Part shown: piece by piece, positions 26,833 to 37,096 of the stretch | Layout: every line of letters begins with the position of its first letter | How positions within the stretch are numbered: position 1 is the first letter of the stretch | Source of the DNA: an uncultured bacterium | Lineage (GTDB): Bacteria; Krumholzibacteriota; Krumholzibacteriia; LZORAL124-64-63 | Reading direction: 5' to 3' | NCBI GenBank assembly: GCA_963727525.1 | Contig: CAVSGO010000006.1 | Location: forward strand, 314,182-378,181 | DNA length: 64,000 nt | Position numbers and translations under genes: made by a program | The notes under the pieces: model-generated | What the model was told of the DNA's origin: nothing | The model's database searches: none | Seen by the model: only the letters and a program-made list of their open reading frames with translations

Positions 26833-29800
26833 CTACTTCACGAGAGCCATGCGGCCGACAAAGTCGTTCTGGCCGCTCCTGACGCGGTAGAAGTACACGC
26901 CCGCGGCAGCGGTGCGGCCGGCATTGTCCGTGCCGTTCCACTGCAGGCTGTGAGTGGCTGCCGGGAGATCCTCGTCCAGGAGCGTGCGGACGAGGCGGCC
27001 GGCCACGTCGTAGATCATGACACGGGTGCGAGCCGCGGCGGGCAGATCGAACCGGATCGTGGTCGACGGGTTGAACGGGTTGGGGAAGTTGGGGGACACG
27101 TGGAACACCGCCGGCGTCATGTCCTCCACCGGCGTAGCGCCGCAGCCCGCGCTCAGAGCACCGATAAGGTCGCAGCCGCCGCTGTTGGCCGGTGCGCACG
27201 GCGAATCGTTCGCGACGTGGAAGTTGCTGTTCGGCGCGTCGCAGAACAGGGGGTCGGCCGCGATGTTGCCGTTGCTGCCGACGGGATCGGCGATGCCGCT
27301 GACGTCATTCGAGGCGTTGCCGTAGAGGTCGCAGCAGCTCACGGTCGTGGCTCCGCCCAGAACGCCGATGCCGTTGCCGTACGAGGTGCCGCCAGTGTTG
27401 AAGGCGGTGATGGTGTTGCTCAGATCGAGTGAGCCGCCACTCAGGTAGATACCGCCCCCGCCCGAGGCCGTGGCGTCGTTGCCCGTGAAGGTGGAACTGG
27501 TCAGCGTCGCCGTGGTGCCGCCGTCCAGCGCGATGCCGCCGGCCCAGTACAGGGCCGCGTTCCCGGAGAAGACAGCGCCGCCGATCTGGGCGCTGGCGCA
27601 GTTCGTGAGCTGTATGCCAGCGCCGACGTTGGCGGTGTTGTCGTACGCGCCGCCGCCGTCGATGGTGACCGTCGCGTCGCTGGCGAACAGTCCGCCGCCG
27701 CCCATGAACGTGGCGTCGGCCGTCCGCGTGTTGCCCTCGAGGTCCACGTTGTTGAGGGTGAGAGTGCCGGCCAGCTGGCAGATGCCGGCGCCGTTGGTCT
27801 TGGCACTGTTGCCCGAGATCGTACCGCCATCGATGGTCAGGATGTTGGTGGTGGTGTTCATCGTCTTGGCGAGGATGCCGCCGCCGCGGTTCGTGCCGAG
27901 GTGCCCGGAAACGGTGATGTCGGTCATGTGCACGGTCGCGTCCACGAGGCAGATGCCGCCACCCTCGGGCGGATTGGCGGCGTTGCTGGTGTTGGGCGTG
28001 TTGTCGGAAACAGTGACGTTCGTGAACGTGGGCGAGCCCTTGTAGACGAAGATGCCACTGCCGTACACGGCCGAGTTGCCGTCGATCTGGACATTCTCGA
28101 GGACGGCAGTGGAGTTGTAGAGGGCGATGCCGCCGCCCATGCCGAGGTCCGCGCTCGACCCAACGCTGTTGGCCGTGATCCGCAAGTTGCGCAGGACGGG
28201 CGACTTCTGGTTGAGCATGATGCCGCCGCCGAAATAGCCGGTGTACGGCAGGTCGGAGAAGTACCGCCCCTCGCCACCCTGGCAGAGGAAGCCGTCGATC
28301 TCGGCCGTGTTGTCCACATCGCCGAGGAAATTCAGGGCCGGATGACCGTTGCCGCCCTGGACGACGGTCGGGTTGTTCAGGGGGTCGCGGGTGACGTAGC
28401 CGGGGTCATACGCGCCGAAGATCTTCAGTCCCTTGCCGAGCATCGTCGTCTCGGTCAGAATCTGGTTGGAGAGCACCTTGATCGTGTCGCCCGGTGCGGC
28501 TTCGACCATCGCGTCGCGCAGGAGGGCGAACTCACCCGGCACCTGCTGCACGTTGTCTCCGAGGGCCATGAGCAGGTTGATGCGGCCGTGGCCAAGATCG
28601 CCGATGAAGCCCGGATTCTCGCTGTCGATGTTGTCGCACGTGTTCTGCAGGAGCGTGACCACCTGGGACGACGTGAACTCGGGATGGGCCGACCAGATCA
28701 GCGCGCAGGCGCCGGCGGTGATCGGCGACGAGAAGCTCGTACCCTGCGTGCTCGTGTAGGTGTGGGTATCGCTGGACGGCACGTAGGCCGTGGTCCAGAT
28801 CGCGACGCCGGGCGCGCACACGTCGATCCACGAACCGTAGTCCGAGAAATCCGCCTTGCCGTCGTTGCTGTTGGTGGCGGCAACGGTGAGGATGCGGTCG
28901 TCGTTGAGGCCCTGCAGGTAGCCCGGCACGTCGGTGGCGTCGTTGCCGGCGGATACGCAGATGATGCAGCCGGCGCTCAGCGCCGCGTTGATCGCGCTGT
29001 CAAAGGCCGAACTGTAACCGGTGCCGTAGGAGAGGTTGATGATCTTGGCGCCGTTGGCCGCAGCGTAGGTGAAGCCCTGCGCCATGAAGCCGGCGTTGCT
29101 GTAGCCGTTGCCATCCGAGGAGAGCCAGCCGATACGCACGGCCATGATCTTGCAACCGGGCGCCATGGCCGCGATGCCGATGCCGTTGTCCGTGATCGGA
29201 GCGATGCAGCCCGAGACGAGCGTACCGTGGCCGCCGAAGTCCATCGGATCGTTGTCTGGCGGTCCCGGATCCTCGCCCGGATAGACCTGGCTCGGTGCGA
29301 GGTTGATGAAGTCCCAGCCGCGGATGTCGTCAACGAGGCCGTTGCTGTCGTCGTCGACCCCGGGCGTGCCGTAATACTCCGTCCAGTTCATCCAGATGGA
29401 GCCGCGAGCGTAGTCGGGGCCGGTGCCGCCGAGATCGGGATGACGATAGTCGACGCCGCTGTCGAGCACGGCCACGATCACGTTCGAGTCACCCAGCGAT
29501 TCGGCCCAGCCGCCGAGGGCGCGCGTGTCGCTGCCACCGAGGTCGGTGTTGCGGATGTACCATTGCGTGTCGACGAGGTCGTCGGGGTTGTACGCGGTGC
29601 CATCGGCGGGAAGCAGCAGGTTCGACTCGGCCACGTCGACCATCGAGAGCGCCTCGAGGTCGCGGATCACGGCCGCATTGCCGCCGGTGGCACCGTGGCG
29701 AATGATGAAGTGGCGCGCGAGATCGGCGCGCACCGCCGGATCCTTGAACGACTGGACCATGCCGCCGAAGAGTGGCTCGAGCGTGGCGACGTCGTCGCGA

Positions 29801-30000
29801 GACAGCACAGCGTCGAGGCTGGCGATCCCGGTGTGGGGCTTGCCGGCGACTGGCGTCACGGTGACGTCCTGGCCGACCTTGAACGACACGAGGACCTCGC
29901 CGGGAATCGGCTTGGGAGTGGCGGCGGATGCGGTCTGCAGACCGAAAACCGCCGCAGCCACCAGCAGGAGGGCAACGGATAGGCGAACGGGCTTGAACAT
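26833..30000 (-). CDS. S8 (subtilisin-like) peptidase with right-handed beta-helix region and C-terminal FlgD-Ig/T9SS-like domain
   Basis: Triad 'VAVLDSG', 'HGTLVSG', 'GTSFSSP'; oxyanion 'SAGN'; 'GN.A..GGG' repeats; 'PNPFNPSTTIRFDLP'. Confidence 0.92.
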   Translation of the reverse strand: MFKPVRLSVALLLVAAAVFGLQTASAATPKPIPGEVLVSFKVGQDVTVTPVAGKPHTGIASLDAVLSRDDVATLEPLFGGMVQSFKDPAVRADLARHFIIRHGATGGNAAVIRDLEALSMVDVAESNLLLPADGTAYNPDDLVDTQWYIRNTDLGGSDTRALGGWAESLGDSNVIVAVLDSGVDYRHPDLGGTGPDYARGSIWMNWTEYYGTPGVDDDSNGLVDDIRGWDFINLAPSQVYPGEDPGPPDNDPMDFGGHGTLVSGCIAPITDNGIGIAAMAPGCKIMAVRIGWLSSDGNGYSNAGFMAQGFTYAAANGAKIINLSYGTGYSSAFDSAINAALSAGCIICVSAGNDATDVPGYLQGLNDDRILTVAATNSNDGKADFSDYGSWIDVCAPGVAIWTTAYVPSSDTHTYTSTQGTSFSSPITAGACALIWSAHPEFTSSQVVTLLQNTCDNIDSENPGFIGDLGHGRINLLMALGDNVQQVPGEFALLRDAMVEAAPGDTIKVLSNQILTETTMLGKGLKIFGAYDPGYVTRDPLNNPTVVQGGNGHPALNFLGDVDNTAEIDGFLCQGGEGRYFSDLPYTGYFGGGIMLNQKSPVLRNLRITANSVGSSADLGMGGGIALYNSTAVLENVQIDGNSAVYGSGIFVYKGSPTFTNVTVSDNTPNTSNAANPPEGGGICLVDATVHMTDITVSGHLGTNRGGGILAKTMNTTTNILTIDGGTISGNSAKTNGAGICQLAGTLTLNNVDLEGNTRTADATFMGGGGLFASDATVTIDGGGAYDNTANVGAGIQLTNCASAQIGGAVFSGNAALYWAGGIALDGGTTATLTSSTFTGNDATASGGGGIYLSGGSLDLSNTITAFNTGGTSYGNGIGVLGGATTVSCCDLYGNASNDVSGIADPVGSNGNIAADPLFCDAPNSNFHVANDSPCAPANSGGCDLIGALSAGCGATPVEDMTPAVFHVSPNFPNPFNPSTTIRFDLPAAARTRVMIYDVAGRLVRTLLDEDLPAATHSLQWNGTDNAGRTAAAGVYFYRVRSGQNDFVGRMALVK

Positions 30001-30267
30001 CGTGGCAACCTCACGGCAGGGCATGACAACGTGACAAGCGCGCGGTCTAAAGAAAACCCGCACGCAGCGACTCCATCTCAAGAGATGTGATGATACCATA
30101 ATCCGGCCGCGCGCTCAACCCGACCACGATCCGGCCGCGCGCGTCTCGACGGGGACGACCCGGAAAATCCACGTAGGCCCCCTTGTTTCGCGTCTCGCTT
30201 CCGTCTAGAATGACCGCCATCATCCCAACGAAACTGAATTCCCGTGTCAAGGTCCGGAGGTGAGTCG

Positions 30268-31992
30268 ATGCGATCCCAGGGGCGAGTGTTCGTGCTCGCG
30301 GTGGTGTGCGCCGGCGTGCTGGCGCTGATGGCGCCGGGGACGGTCGGGGCCAAGCCCGTCAAGGATCCGGGCCTACCCGGCGGCGCGCCCCGCGCGTGGA
30401 CCCTGCGGGTTCCCCTGCCGGACGGACCGGCCCCGCGGACGGCGGCGATTTCCCACCTGGCCGACGCCTGGACCACGCTCTTCAGCGACGGCTTCGAGTC
30501 GGGCTTCCCGGGCCAGTGGACGGTGCTGAACCAGGGGGCGAGCAGTCAGCAGTGGGGCGTCTGGACCTGCTGGTCCGGCGATACGCCCACGCACAGCGCC
30601 GGGTGCGCGGCGGGGGGTGCGGCGGCGATCGGTTGCGGCGACGACTACCCCAATGATATGGAAGTATGGCTGGTCGCGGGACCGTTCGATCTTTCCGATA
30701 CCGAGTACACCGCAGCCGAACTCAACTACAACGTCCAGCTCGCCAGCGAGTCCGACTACGACGTATTCGCGGTCGGGGCCTCGACCAATGGCGTCAACTT
30801 CACCGTCGTCACGTATTCGGGCTCCCTGGCGCCCCAGGCGGCGACGCTGGACCTCGCCGCCGTCCCCACGCAGACCGAACCCGTGAATTTCCTGGGCGAG
30901 AGCCAGGTCTGGATCGCCTTCGTCTTCGCGTCCGACGGGTCTGTTGGCTTCCCCAACGGGGCGCAGATCGACGACGTCGTGCTGCGCGTGGCCAAGCCGG
31001 TCACGAACGAGGCGCCCCAGGTCACCGTGATGTCACCCAACGGTGGTGAGACGTGGCAGGCTGGTTCGACGCACGCGATCACCTATACGGCCACCGATGC
31101 CGACGGTGGTCCGTCGGCGCTGTCCCTGGCGTTCGCGTACTCGGTGAACGGGGGCTCCACCTGGACCGCTATCGCCGGCGACCAGACCAACACCGGCGCG
31201 TACACGTGGATCGTGCCCGCCGTCGCGAGCACCGACGCGCGCGTCCGTGCCACCGCCAGCGATGGACTTGCCGAGATCAGCGACATCTCCGACGCCAGCT
31301 TCACGATCAACCAGACCGCCCCGGGCGACAACACCCTCACACTGGGCGATGCCAGTGGCGAGGTGGGCAATTCGGTGGTGGTGCCCCTCGGGCTGACGAA
31401 CTCCGCGACCGTGAAGGGCGTGCAATGCGACATCATGTATGACGCGGCGGTGGCGGCGCTCGACGGCGTGACGGCGCTGGGGCGCGCGGCCGGTATGGCG
31501 GCGGCATCCCAGGTGATCGCCCCCGGGCAGGCGCGCGTGGTGCTCTACCACGATGGCGCCTCGACGGTCGCGGCCGGTACGGGGATCATCGCCAACCTCG
31601 TGTTCACGCTGATCGGTGCGGAGGCAGCGCAGACCGGTCTCGCGCCGGTGGACATCATCGTGTCCGATCCGGACGGGCAGGCGATCGCGTGCGACGGCGT
31701 GGGCGGCACGCTCACGGCGACCGCGGCGACTGGGCCGCCGGAGCTGGATATCGTGGCTCTGCGCAATCCTGGCCGCGTCCACACGCTGGAGATCATCGTC
31801 GCCGTCGCTGGGGGTTCGGGCGGTCTGCCTGTCGTGCTCGCCGACGAGATCCCGGTCACCATGACCTCGATCGGCGCCAATCGTTACGTGGGCACGTTCC
31901 ACTCCGACAGCGCGGCCGCGAGCGTCACGATCCGTGCCGTGGACACGAATGGCAACGGCCAGGGCTCGAACCAGATCACCGTAGCCTTCTAG
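30268..31992 (+). CDS. secreted multidomain protein: adhesin-like jelly-roll, Ig domain, cohesin-like domain, terminal Ig
   Basis: Signal peptide; 'FSDGFESG', 'IDDV'; 'P.VTV.SPNGGE.W'; cohesin-like 'LTLGDASG.VG..VVVP..L.N...VKGVQ.DI.YD...GTG.IA.L.F' at about 31330-31716. Confidence 0.75.
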   Translation: MRSQGRVFVLAVVCAGVLALMAPGTVGAKPVKDPGLPGGAPRAWTLRVPLPDGPAPRTAAISHLADAWTTLFSDGFESGFPGQWTVLNQGASSQQWGVWTCWSGDTPTHSAGCAAGGAAAIGCGDDYPNDMEVWLVAGPFDLSDTEYTAAELNYNVQLASESDYDVFAVGASTNGVNFTVVTYSGSLAPQAATLDLAAVPTQTEPVNFLGESQVWIAFVFASDGSVGFPNGAQIDDVVLRVAKPVTNEAPQVTVMSPNGGETWQAGSTHAITYTATDADGGPSALSLAFAYSVNGGSTWTAIAGDQTNTGAYTWIVPAVASTDARVRATASDGLAEISDISDASFTINQTAPGDNTLTLGDASGEVGNSVVVPLGLTNSATVKGVQCDIMYDAAVAALDGVTALGRAAGMAAASQVIAPGQARVVLYHDGASTVAAGTGIIANLVFTLIGAEAAQTGLAPVDIIVSDPDGQAIACDGVGGTLTATAATGPPELDIVALRNPGRVHTLEIIVAVAGGSGGLPVVLADEIPVTMTSIGANRYVGTFHSDSAAASVTIRAVDTNGNGQGSNQITVAF

Positions 31993-32005
31993 GGAGACGT
32001 CAACC

Positions 32006-32665
32006 ATGCGCGCAATGACGACGACGTTCGCGATCCTCGCCCTGGCCGGCCTCCTGGTCGGATGCGGGGGCGGCAGCGACGGTGGCACCAACCCGCCGAC
32101 CCCCACGGTGGCCGAGTTGACGGCGCAGGGCTGGACCGCGTTCGAGGCCCACGACTATGCCGGCGCCCAGGCCAAGTTCGAGGCGGCCATCGCCGAGGAC
32201 GGCGGCTACGCCGAGGCGCACCTCGGCCGTGGCTGGGCGCAGCTCGAGCGGGCGACGTCGGCCGCGTCGATGCAGGCGGCGGCGGCCACGTTCTCCACCG
32301 CGCTCGGGTACGGTGCCGACGTCGCGGCCACGCGAGCCGGACGCGCGGCGGCGTCGCTTGGCGCCGGCGGAGCTGCCTACGTGCAGGCCGTCGCCGACGC
32401 GCAGGTGGCGCGCGCGGCGAATCCGGCGTTCGCCTTTGGACACCGCACGTCGTTCAACGTGACCGATCTTCGTCTCATCGAGGCGTTCGCACAGGCCGGC
32501 CAGGGTGACTTCGCGCTGGCGCTGGCGGCCGCCGACGCCGTGGCCGATAGCGGCATCGTCGCCGGCGACCCCGACACCTGGCAGGTCGGCAACGAGACCC
32601 ACGCGACGTTCACCAGCGCGGTGATGGCGTTCCTCGAGTCCCTGTCCACCAGCCACGCCGGCTGA
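32006..32665 (+). CDS. TPR-repeat lipoprotein
   Basis: Lipobox 'LVGC'; TPR-like 'GWTAFEAHDYAGAQAKFEAAIAEDGGYAEAHLGRGWA'. Confidence 0.8.
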   Translation: MRAMTTTFAILALAGLLVGCGGGSDGGTNPPTPTVAELTAQGWTAFEAHDYAGAQAKFEAAIAEDGGYAEAHLGRGWAQLERATSAASMQAAAATFSTALGYGADVAATRAGRAAASLGAGGAAYVQAVADAQVARAANPAFAFGHRTSFNVTDLRLIEAFAQAGQGDFALALAAADAVADSGIVAGDPDTWQVGNETHATFTSAVMAFLESLSTSHAG

Positions 32666-32675
32666 GGAGGCGCGC

Positions 32676-33260
32676 ATGTCCGGACGAACTCTCACCATCC
32701 TGATCGCGGCCGCGCTCGGCGCACTCGCCGGCTGTCGTGGCGGCGATATGGAGCGACTCCTCGATCAGGACTCGCAGCAACGCCTCGCGGCCCTCGGCAA
32801 GGACGCGCGCGTGCTCATCTCGCTGCGCGGCGAGACGCAGACGCCACAGGTGCCGACGCTCGGCAAGGGCGACCGCGTGCTCGATCACGCCGGCCACTCC
32901 GTGCTCCTGGACGTCGACCGTGCCACGTTGCCCATGCTGGCCGATGCGGACGGCGTGCAGGATGGCACGATCTGGGGCGGCAGCGACGTGATCGGCCGCA
33001 TCGATCCGCCGCTGCGCGCCCAGCTCCTGGGCGCCCTCGATAAGCCGGCAGAGGTGGCGCCGCTGGCGATGGTCGGCCGCTTCGATGCGAGTGTATCCCA
33101 CGTGACCGATGCCATCGCGGCCTGCGGCGGCAAGGTGAACAGCGTCGCCGGCGGCATCGTCACCCTCGAGGCGCCCGCCCGGTCGGTTCTGCGTATCCTC
33201 GCGGTGCCGGGCCTGGTGGAGTTGAAGAAGCCGAACGTGCTGAACCCTCTGGGCAGCTAG
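32676..33260 (+). CDS. lipoprotein with two propeptide/I9-inhibitor-like repeats
   Basis: Lipobox 'LAGC'; the C-terminal half aligns by eye with the pro-domain of the downstream S8. Confidence 0.65.
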   Translation: MSGRTLTILIAAALGALAGCRGGDMERLLDQDSQQRLAALGKDARVLISLRGETQTPQVPTLGKGDRVLDHAGHSVLLDVDRATLPMLADADGVQDGTIWGGSDVIGRIDPPLRAQLLGALDKPAEVAPLAMVGRFDASVSHVTDAIAACGGKVNSVAGGIVTLEAPARSVLRILAVPGLVELKKPNVLNPLGS

Positions 33261-33273
33261 GGAGCATAGAATC

Positions 33274-36033
33274 ATGGCCATCAAGCGTCTCGTGCTCGTT
33301 TTGCTGGCTCTCGCGCTGGGCGCGGGCGCAGCCCAGGCGGCGACAGTCGATGTCCTCCTTCGCGGCTTGCAGGCCAAGGCGAACGCACCGGATGATCAGG
33401 GTCTCGTCCTCGATCGTATCGTGGCGACCGCCAAGGACGCGCGCACCGGCGAGATGCGCGTGGGCGTGATCCTGCGGCTTGACGGCACGCTGCCGGATCT
33501 GTCAGGCATCCGCGGGCTCGTGCTGGGCTCGGTCCATGGCACCATCGCCACCGCACGCTTGCCCCTGAGCGAACTGGACGCGCTGGCCGCCGTGCCGGGC
33601 ATCGTGAGCATCAGCGCGGCGCGCATGCTGCAGGCCTCGCTCGACATGGCCGTACCGGCGACGAACGTCGACGACGTGTGGAACGGCGCGCCCGCCTACA
33701 CCGGCACCGGCGTGCTCATCGGCATCATCGACAGCGGCATCGACTTCACGCACGACGATTTTCGCCACACCGACGGGACCACGCGCATCGTCTCGATGTG
33801 GGACGTGTACGGCACCGACGGCACGCCGCCCAGCGGGTTCAACGACGGCGCCGAGTATACCGCCACGCGTATCAACACCGCCCTCGGCGGCGGTGCCGGG
33901 GTCGCCGAGGCGGACATCGTGGGGCACGGCACCCACGTCAGCGGCATCGCGGCGGGCAATGGCCGCGCCTCGAGCGGCCAGTACAGGGGCGTGGCGTACG
34001 ACTCCGACATCCTCTTCGTGAAGCCCTACAACAACGGCTTTCCCGAGGACAAGACCATCGACGCCATGAACTACCTCGTGCAGAAGGCTCACGCGCTGGG
34101 CCAGCCCATCGCCATCAACATGTCCCTCGGTGGACATGTCGGCGCGCACGACGGCACGAGTGCCCAGGAACAGCTCATCGACGACCTGTCCGGCACCGGT
34201 GTGGTGTTCTGCGTCGCTGCGGGCAACGAGGGTGAGGACGATATCGCCGAGGCGGGCCCGGCGGCCAACCACGATTTCGTGCTGCGAATCGTCGACTACA
34301 GCCCCCAGGGCGGCACCGGCAACGACGCCTGCCTCGCCACGATCTGGTACGCGGGCTCGTCCAGCCCGAGCGTGTCACTCACGTTCCAGGGTGAGACGAC
34401 GTCTCCGGTCGCCTCCGGGACCCAGACCCCCCTGGACACGAGCGCCGGCTACATCGTCATCGACAATGCGAGCCAGGGCGTCGACCCCGGCAGCGGCGAC
34501 AAGGTCTGCTACATCCAGTGGGACGATCGCACGGGTACGCCGCCCAGCGCGGGCGACTGGACGATCACCATCAGCGGCGGCTCGGGTGACGCCGTCGCCT
34601 GGGTCGCCTACGCGACCATGACCGCCGGCTTCCCGAACAGCGACCAGTCGTACTCCCTCGGCATGCCCGCTTGCGCCGAGGCCGCGGTCTCGGTGGCGGC
34701 GTTCAAGACCCGCAACTCGTGGCCGGTGGTCGGCGGTTCGGCCGGCTATGGCAGCGGCAACCCGTGGGGCGACACGCCGCTGGGCGCGCGGGCTCCGTTC
34801 TCGTCGCTGGGGCCCACGCGCGATGGTCGCGAGAAGCCCGACCTCGCCGCGCCCGGCATGGCCATCGTCTCGTGCTACTCGCATCTGCAGAATCCACCCG
34901 CCGACAACCTCACCTTGCTGCCCGGCGGAAAGTACTACGCCACCCAGGGCACGAGCATGGCGACGCCGTTCACATGCGGTGTGGTGGGACTGATGCTGGA
35001 CAAGAATCCGTCGCTCACGGCGAGCGATGTGCGCACCATCCTGCGCGACACCGCCATCCAGGACGGCTACACCGGCTCCGGCTGGAACAACGGCTACGGC
35101 GCCGGCAAGATCGACGCGGCCGCGGCCGTGGCGGCCGTGAGTGCGCCGGTCGTCGCCACCGGCGATATCGACGGCGACGGCGGGCCCACGGTGCTCGACG
35201 TCGTCCTGCTGGTGAACAATATCGTCGATCCCACCGGCCATCCTCTGGACGGCGACCAGCGCGCGATGGCCGACGTGTTCCCCGCCGGCGGTGGCGATGG
35301 CAACCTGGACGTGTCCGACGTGGCGCGCATCGTGGCCTTCATTCTCGAAACGGCCACGCCGGGCGCGCCGCTCCCGGCACCCGCGCCCGCGCGCTTTGCC
35401 GTGGGCGAGCCCACGCAGGACGGCGCGACGTGGTGGGTGCCGGTGACGCTCGCCGGCGACGCGGTGGCGGGGTTCCAGTTCGCCCTCACTCTCGACGGCG
35501 CGCAGTGGCAGCCCGGCGACGTACGCGTGACCGGCGACCCCGATTGCCGCGCCGTGGCGAGCCGTGTCGGCGATCAGGTACTCGTGCTGCTGTATGCCCC
35601 GGACAACGCCATCGCGCCCGGCGGCGTGACGGTGGAGGTGCCCTTCGCCGCCGCGATGCAACCGGCGGGCGCGCCGCGCCTGAATGGGCTGCTCGTCGCC
35701 GACCCGCAGGGCTACGCGCGCGCGGTGACGGTGGGCACGGGCGTGGGCCTGCTGCCGGGCCTGCGCGCGGTGCAGGTGGCTCCCAACCCGGCACCGTCGG
35801 CCACCACCGTGCAGTTCCAGCTCGGGCGTGGCGATGCCGTGCAGGTGGCCGTCTACGATCTCAAGGGGCGCCGCGTCCGCACGCTCGATCTCGGCAATCT
35901 CGGCGAGGGCGTGCATGCCACGACCTGGGATGGCCGCGATGGCGCTGGCCACGACGTGTCCGCCGGCGTCTACCTGGTGCGCGTGTCCACGACGCAGCAG
36001 ACGGTGACGCGAAAAGTGGTGCTGACGCGCTGA
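33274..36033 (+). CDS. S8 peptidase with inserted domain (Csp-like), dockerin, cohesin-like domain and FlgD-Ig/T9SS-like C-terminus
   Basis: 'IGIIDSGID', 'HGTHVSGIAAG', 'AAGNEG', 'GTSMATP'; dockerin 'GDIDGDGGPTVLDVVLLVNNI...ADV...GDGNLDVSDVARIVAFIL' at 35161-35346; 'APNP...YDLKGRRVRTL...WDGRD'. Confidence 0.92.
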   Translation: MAIKRLVLVLLALALGAGAAQAATVDVLLRGLQAKANAPDDQGLVLDRIVATAKDARTGEMRVGVILRLDGTLPDLSGIRGLVLGSVHGTIATARLPLSELDALAAVPGIVSISAARMLQASLDMAVPATNVDDVWNGAPAYTGTGVLIGIIDSGIDFTHDDFRHTDGTTRIVSMWDVYGTDGTPPSGFNDGAEYTATRINTALGGGAGVAEADIVGHGTHVSGIAAGNGRASSGQYRGVAYDSDILFVKPYNNGFPEDKTIDAMNYLVQKAHALGQPIAINMSLGGHVGAHDGTSAQEQLIDDLSGTGVVFCVAAGNEGEDDIAEAGPAANHDFVLRIVDYSPQGGTGNDACLATIWYAGSSSPSVSLTFQGETTSPVASGTQTPLDTSAGYIVIDNASQGVDPGSGDKVCYIQWDDRTGTPPSAGDWTITISGGSGDAVAWVAYATMTAGFPNSDQSYSLGMPACAEAAVSVAAFKTRNSWPVVGGSAGYGSGNPWGDTPLGARAPFSSLGPTRDGREKPDLAAPGMAIVSCYSHLQNPPADNLTLLPGGKYYATQGTSMATPFTCGVVGLMLDKNPSLTASDVRTILRDTAIQDGYTGSGWNNGYGAGKIDAAAAVAAVSAPVVATGDIDGDGGPTVLDVVLLVNNIVDPTGHPLDGDQRAMADVFPAGGGDGNLDVSDVARIVAFILETATPGAPLPAPAPARFAVGEPTQDGATWWVPVTLAGDAVAGFQFALTLDGAQWQPGDVRVTGDPDCRAVASRVGDQVLVLLYAPDNAIAPGGVTVEVPFAAAMQPAGAPRLNGLLVADPQGYARAVTVGTGVGLLPGLRAVQVAPNPAPSATTVQFQLGRGDAVQVAVYDLKGRRVRTLDLGNLGEGVHATTWDGRDGAGHDVSAGVYLVRVSTTQQTVTRKVVLTR

Positions 36034-36048
36034 TCCCCGGCGCGCCCG

Positions 36049-37092
36049 CTAGTAGCTCGACGCGTCGAGCTTCACCTTGCCGCGGAAGATCCAGTAGATG
36101 CTGATGGTGTAGGCCAGCACGAAGGGGATGCCGATGATCGCGATCGTCAGCATGATCTTCAGCGTGCGTGCGGACGAGGCGGCGTTGTACACCGTCATGC
36201 TCGCGGACGGGTCGGCCGTATTGGGCACGATGTTGGGGTAGAGGCCCAGACCGATCAGCGCCATCAGGCCCGCGATCGTCAGCGACGACGACACGAAAGC
36301 GCGGATCTCGCGGCCGCGCGTGATCTCACGGGGGATGTTGGCCACGGCGAGCATCGTCAGCAGACCGAAGAACAGCAACGGCGGGGCGGCTCGGAAGTGC
36401 TCCGTCATGTGGGGTACGTAGATCAGCGTCACGATGGTGAGGCTCGCGTAGCAGATCACGAAGATGATGATGGTATTGTTCACCCAGCCGCGCACGCGGG
36501 CCTGCACCTCGCCCTCCGTCTTCATCACCAGGTAGATCGCGCCGTGCATCGTGAACAGGGCCACCGTGGTCACGCCCACGAGCAGCGCATACGGATTGAT
36601 CAGGGGCCAGAAACCGGCGGCGTACTCCCCGTCGGGCGTGAGCGGAATGCCGCGGATGATGTTGCCCAGGGCCACACCGGCGAGGAAGGCGATCAGCAGG
36701 CTCGACAGGCTGAAGCTCACGTCCCAAGCCTGGCGCCACCAGCCCATGGGCTGCTTGGAACGGAACTCGATGGCCACGGCGCGGAAGATGAGCACCACCA
36801 GCAGCACCATGAAGGCGATGTAGAACCCGCTGAAGACCGTGGCGTACACGGGCGGGAAAGCGGCGAAGAGCGCGCCGCCGCCGGTGATGAGCCAGACCTC
36901 GTTGCCGTCCCACACGGGCCCGATGGCATTGATCAGGACGCGCCGTTCGTGGTCCGTGCGCGTGAGCAGGTGCAGCGCGCCGACGCCCAGATCGAACCCG
37001 TCGAGAATGGCGTACCCGGTGAGCAGCACGCCGACGAGCAGATACCAGACGCTGTTGAGATCCCAGTTCAAGGTTGTCTGGGCGAAGTCCAT
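36049..37092 (-). CDS. cydB: cytochrome bd ubiquinol oxidase subunit II
   Basis: 'YAILDGFDLGVG', 'IGPVWDGNEVWL', 'FRAVAIEFRSK'. Confidence 0.97.
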   Translation of the reverse strand: MDFAQTTLNWDLNSVWYLLVGVLLTGYAILDGFDLGVGALHLLTRTDHERRVLINAIGPVWDGNEVWLITGGGALFAAFPPVYATVFSGFYIAFMVLLVVLIFRAVAIEFRSKQPMGWWRQAWDVSFSLSSLLIAFLAGVALGNIIRGIPLTPDGEYAAGFWPLINPYALLVGVTTVALFTMHGAIYLVMKTEGEVQARVRGWVNNTIIIFVICYASLTIVTLIYVPHMTEHFRAAPPLLFFGLLTMLAVANIPREITRGREIRAFVSSSLTIAGLMALIGLGLYPNIVPNTADPSASMTVYNAASSARTLKIMLTIAIIGIPFVLAYTISIYWIFRGKVKLDASSY

Positions 37093-37096
37093 CGGG

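Noticed and set aside
25604-27199. 531-aa version of the SGNH protein
   Set aside because: The extension overlaps the S8 gene and its terminator; the start at 26662 fits better
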